A stretch of DNA of 64,000 nucleotides from an uncultured Chloroflexia bacterium (GTDB taxonomy: Bacteria; Chloroflexota; Anaerolineae; JAAYZQ01): assembly GCA_963700285.1 (NCBI GenBank), contig CAVOXA010000006.1:1-64000 (forward strand), read 5' to 3'. The first letter of the stretch is position 1. Each line of letters opens with the position of its first letter. Below are positions 60,755 to 64,000 of this stretch, one piece after another. The position numbers and the translations under genes are program-made. Below the pieces are notes generated by a model. It was not told the DNA's origin. It made no database searches and was given only the letters and a program-made list of their open reading frames with translations.

Positions 60755-62164
60755 ATGGCCAAAGAATACCTGTCCAAGATTGATACCGCGCTCCTGAAGG
60801 TTGAGGATCCGACCAACCCGATGATGATCACCTGCGTCTTTATGTTCAAGTCGCCCATCGCGTTTGAACGGCTGCAGGCGACCATCGTGACGCGGCTGCT
60901 GACCATGCATCGTTTCCGGCAGAGGGCGATCGTACCCACGGGGGGCCTGGGCCGTCCCTACTGGGCCGATGATCCCGATTTCGACCTTTGCTACCACCTC
61001 CAGCGAGCGGCGCTGCCGCCGCCGGGGGATCAGGCTGTGCTGCAGGAGGTGGTCAGTCTGCTGGCCAGTACGCCGCTGGACCTCTCCCGGCCGCCCTGGC
61101 AGTTGCACATGCTGGAGAATTACGAGGCGTGCTGTGCCCTTGTGGGCCGCTTCCATCACTGCCTCGTGGACGGTACGGCCCTGATGCACGTGGTCCTGTC
61201 GCTGACCGACTCGTCGCCAGATGTAGCCTGGCCTGTCATTGAGCCTGAGAATCCTTACGCCGCCACACGCGAAAGCCTTGCCTCTCGCCTGCGGGCGGCG
61301 CGCGAGCGGCGCAGGCTGAGCCAGGCCACGCGGGACACCCTGAAGCGGGGCCGCTTTTCCGGCCTTTTGGATCCTTCGCGCCTGGAGGACCTGCTCCGGC
61401 TGAGCGGTGAGGCCACGGTTGACCTGGGCAAGTTCCTGGTGTCGGGGCCCGATCCCGAGACTCCCCTGCGGGGCGAGCTGGGCGACCTCAAGCGGGCGGC
61501 CTGGTCGGACGGGATAGCCCTGGATGACATCAAGGCCATCCGCAGCAGGATTGGCGGGACTGTGAACGACGTGCTCCTGACGGTGACCGCGGGCGCGCTG
61601 AGCCGCTACCTGCAGGACCACGGCCTGGCGCCCGATTGCCTCGACCTGCGGGTGGCCGTGCCCATGGATCTCAGGCCCAAGGGGTCTGAGTCGGATCTGG
61701 GCAACCGCATGGGCGCGGTGTTCCTGGCGCTGCCTGTGGGCATCGCCGATCCGGTTGCCCGCCTGCGCGAGATCGAGGGGCGCATGAATGAGCGCAAGAA
61801 CTCGCTGGAAGGTGCGGTCCTCTTTGTGCTGCTCAACCTGCTGGGCCGTTTTCCGGCAGGCGTGGCTACTACGCTGGTCAAGACCCTGGGAACGCGGGCG
61901 ACCGCCGTGATGACGAATGTCAGGGGACCCCAGGAGCAGCGCTATCTGGCCGGATCCCCCCTGGAGGGTTTCCTGGCTTGGGTGCCGCAGACGGGCCCGA
62001 TTGGCCTGGGTGTCAGCATCCTCAGCTATGCCGGGCAGGTGCGGATTGGCGTCCTGGCCGACCAGGGCCTGGTGGCCGAGCCAGAGACGCTGCTGGCCGC
62101 GTTCCACAGCGAGTTTGACCTGCTGCTGGCGCGGGCGCTGGAGGCAGGAGAGCCGTCTGCCTGA
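60755..62164 (+). CDS. Wax ester synthase / diacylglycerol acyltransferase
   Basis: HHCLVDG (HHxxxDG), GGTVNDV, TNVRGP, ILSYAG. Confidence 0.92.
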   Translation: MAKEYLSKIDTALLKVEDPTNPMMITCVFMFKSPIAFERLQATIVTRLLTMHRFRQRAIVPTGGLGRPYWADDPDFDLCYHLQRAALPPPGDQAVLQEVVSLLASTPLDLSRPPWQLHMLENYEACCALVGRFHHCLVDGTALMHVVLSLTDSSPDVAWPVIEPENPYAATRESLASRLRAARERRRLSQATRDTLKRGRFSGLLDPSRLEDLLRLSGEATVDLGKFLVSGPDPETPLRGELGDLKRAAWSDGIALDDIKAIRSRIGGTVNDVLLTVTAGALSRYLQDHGLAPDCLDLRVAVPMDLRPKGSESDLGNRMGAVFLALPVGIADPVARLREIEGRMNERKNSLEGAVLFVLLNLLGRFPAGVATTLVKTLGTRATAVMTNVRGPQEQRYLAGSPLEGFLAWVPQTGPIGLGVSILSYAGQVRIGVLADQGLVAEPETLLAAFHSEFDLLLARALEAGEPSA

Positions 62165-62175
62165 GCAGGCACGAG

Positions 62176-63603
62176 ATGATACGAGGAGTGATCAAGCCGT
62201 TGACAAAGCACTACCTATCCAATCTTGACACCGCAGTTTTTCAACTTGAGGATGCTCGCAACCCCATGACCATCACGGGCGTCGTGACCCTGCGTGGCGC
62301 GGTCGATTTGGACCGGCTCAAGGCCACCATCGAGACCCGTCTCCTGAACCTAAGGCAGTTCCGGCAGCGGGTGGTCTGGCACCCCATGGGCGTGAGAAAC
62401 CCATATTGGGAGGACGACCCGGACCTGGATCTGGGCTACCATCTGCAGCGGGCCAGCTTGCCCCCTCCCGGGGACAAGCGTGCGCTGCAGGATACGGTCA
62501 GTCTTTTGGCCAGCACGCAGTTGGACCTGACAAGGTCTCCCTGGCAGATGCACCTCATAGAGATTTCGGCCGATTGCAGTGCCATCGTCTTTCGGCTGCA
62601 TCATTGCATCGGTGACGGTATGGCCGTCCTGCACATGATCCTGACCATGACGGACCTGGAGCCAGAGCCTGGCTGGCCATCGCTGCAGCCCGCGATGCTT
62701 CGTCCAGAGTCTGCAGGGAGGAGGATGTGGCTGAGCCGGCCACCGCGTGAACTGCGCGACGCCCAGCGGCAGTCTGCACAGGATGGCCTGGCAAAGCTCG
62801 GCCAGCCCCAGCAGCTTTTGGACATGGGCCGTTTGGGAGTCGACGGCGCACTGGACCTCGGCCGGTTCCTGTTGTTGGAACCGGATCCCGACACGGTCCT
62901 GCACGGAGAACTGGGCGAGACCAAGCGGACAGCGTGGTCGGACGGCGTCCCGCTGGAGGATATCCAGCTGATCCGCCGCAGGCTGGGCGGCACGGTCAAC
63001 GACGTCGTGATCACCGTTATTACCGGAGCGCTGCGACGCTACCTCCAGGCGCACAGCGAGCCTGTGGACGACATCACCCTGCGGGCTGTAGTCCCCGTCA
63101 ACCTGCGCCCGGCGGGCCAGGAAGGGGAGATGGGCAATCGCATGGGCGCGGTCTTTCTGACGCTGCCGGTGTGGAATGCCGAGCCAGCCTGTCGGCTGCG
63201 CGAAGTGGAGCTGCGCATGAAGGGCCGCAAGGCGTCTTCGGAGGCGCCGCTCTTCTACGTGCTGCTCAATGCCCTGGGTGTGGCCCCCGCCCGCCTGGCC
63301 AAGAGGCTGGTCGGTATCTATGGCACCAGGGCCAGCGCCGTGATCTCTAACGTAAAGGGGCCGCAGGAACCGTTGTACCTGTCCGGGGTGCCGCTAGACG
63401 GCTTGATGGCCTGGGTTCCTCCGACGGGCAGCATCGGCGTGGGCATCAGCATCCTCAGCTACGTGGGCCAACTTCGGGTGGGGGTTTTCACCGACGCGGG
63501 CTTGGTGCCTGACCCGGAGGCCATCGTTGATGCCTTCCACGATGAATTTCAGGAACTGCTGGCCCGCGCCCTGGAGGCGGGGGAACCGCTGCCTGCGAAT
63601 TAG
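62176..63603 (+). CDS. Wax ester synthase / diacylglycerol acyltransferase (paralog)
   Basis: HHCIGDG, GGTVNDV, SNVKGP, ILSYVG. Confidence 0.92.
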   Translation: MIRGVIKPLTKHYLSNLDTAVFQLEDARNPMTITGVVTLRGAVDLDRLKATIETRLLNLRQFRQRVVWHPMGVRNPYWEDDPDLDLGYHLQRASLPPPGDKRALQDTVSLLASTQLDLTRSPWQMHLIEISADCSAIVFRLHHCIGDGMAVLHMILTMTDLEPEPGWPSLQPAMLRPESAGRRMWLSRPPRELRDAQRQSAQDGLAKLGQPQQLLDMGRLGVDGALDLGRFLLLEPDPDTVLHGELGETKRTAWSDGVPLEDIQLIRRRLGGTVNDVVITVITGALRRYLQAHSEPVDDITLRAVVPVNLRPAGQEGEMGNRMGAVFLTLPVWNAEPACRLREVELRMKGRKASSEAPLFYVLLNALGVAPARLAKRLVGIYGTRASAVISNVKGPQEPLYLSGVPLDGLMAWVPPTGSIGVGISILSYVGQLRVGVFTDAGLVPDPEAIVDAFHDEFQELLARALEAGEPLPAN

Positions 63604-63634
63604 GACTGGCAGTCCTGCTCACCTGTGGATTGCC

Positions 63635-64000
63635 TCAAAGCTCATCAGATCCTCGCTTCCTGCTTGCGAGAGAATCATCGTCCGGCAACGCGTCCCAGGT
63701 ATAGATGACCGAGGTTCCGGCAAGCTTGTCGTGCAGCGCCTCGCGGTGGTTGTCGACGCCGGCCCACAGGAAGCCAGCGCCAAAGAGCAGCGAGGACAAC
63801 CAGTAGCCAAAGAGTCTGACCAGGGATCGCCAGAACGACAGGCGCCCTCCCGACCGGGTCACGATGCGCAGGCCCAGGAGGGCTTTGCCCGAGGTCTGCC
63901 CGCCCATGGTCCAGAAAAAGAGCAGGTAGGCAGCGCTGATGAGCAGACCCCCGATCGCCGTCAGTTCTATGGGAGATGCAGCCCCCACAGCATCCGTGAG
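63635..64000 (-). CDS. RDD family protein, 3' part (runs off the window)
   Basis: GQTSGKALLGLRIV...RSLVR...ALHDKLAGTSV. Confidence 0.85.
   Translation of the reverse strand, partial: LTDAVGAASPIELTAIGGLLISAAYLLFFWTMGGQTSGKALLGLRIVTRSGGRLSFWRSLVRLFGYWLSSLLFGAGFLWAGVDNHREALHDKLAGTSVIYTWDALPDDDSLASRKRGSDEL

Overview
High-GC bacterial DNA. Gene content, repeat families and a GAAC-N4-(G/T)TTC box upstream of uvrA suggest Chloroflexota/Anaerolineae (inference). Many conserved genes carry single-base frameshifts, densest at 49-57 kb, which probably reflect sequencing or assembly error. The left half (about 1-28.5 kb) is an accretion hotspot. At least six diverged, decayed copies of the 3' half of a yyaL/DUF255 (SSP411-like thioredoxin-domain) gene lie on the + strand. 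Four copies start at the same PHFEKMLYD codons, behind a conserved non-coding end module. That module comprises a leftward TTGACA-17 bp promoter, an AAGCCGGGCCGTCAGC...TGGNNNGTGC motif and a variable 2-5 nt insert. Cargo between the copies comprises two hicBA pairs, brnTA, an aldo-keto reductase/cupin/hydrolase block, and integron cassettes with attC sites plus an intI N-terminal remnant. Two MalT-like LuxR units and three quinone oxidoreductases lie to the left of the first copy. This is best read as tandem site-specific integration into yyaL by an element family whose recombinase is not in the window. The right half is more ordinary: lipid and hydrolase genes, a short MalT-like regulator with a membrane-fused partner, a uvrA-alkC-DinB-GyrI cluster, an Lrp-creatininase-Opp/Dpp-S9 peptidase operon, SCP2, an esterase and two WS/DGAT genes.
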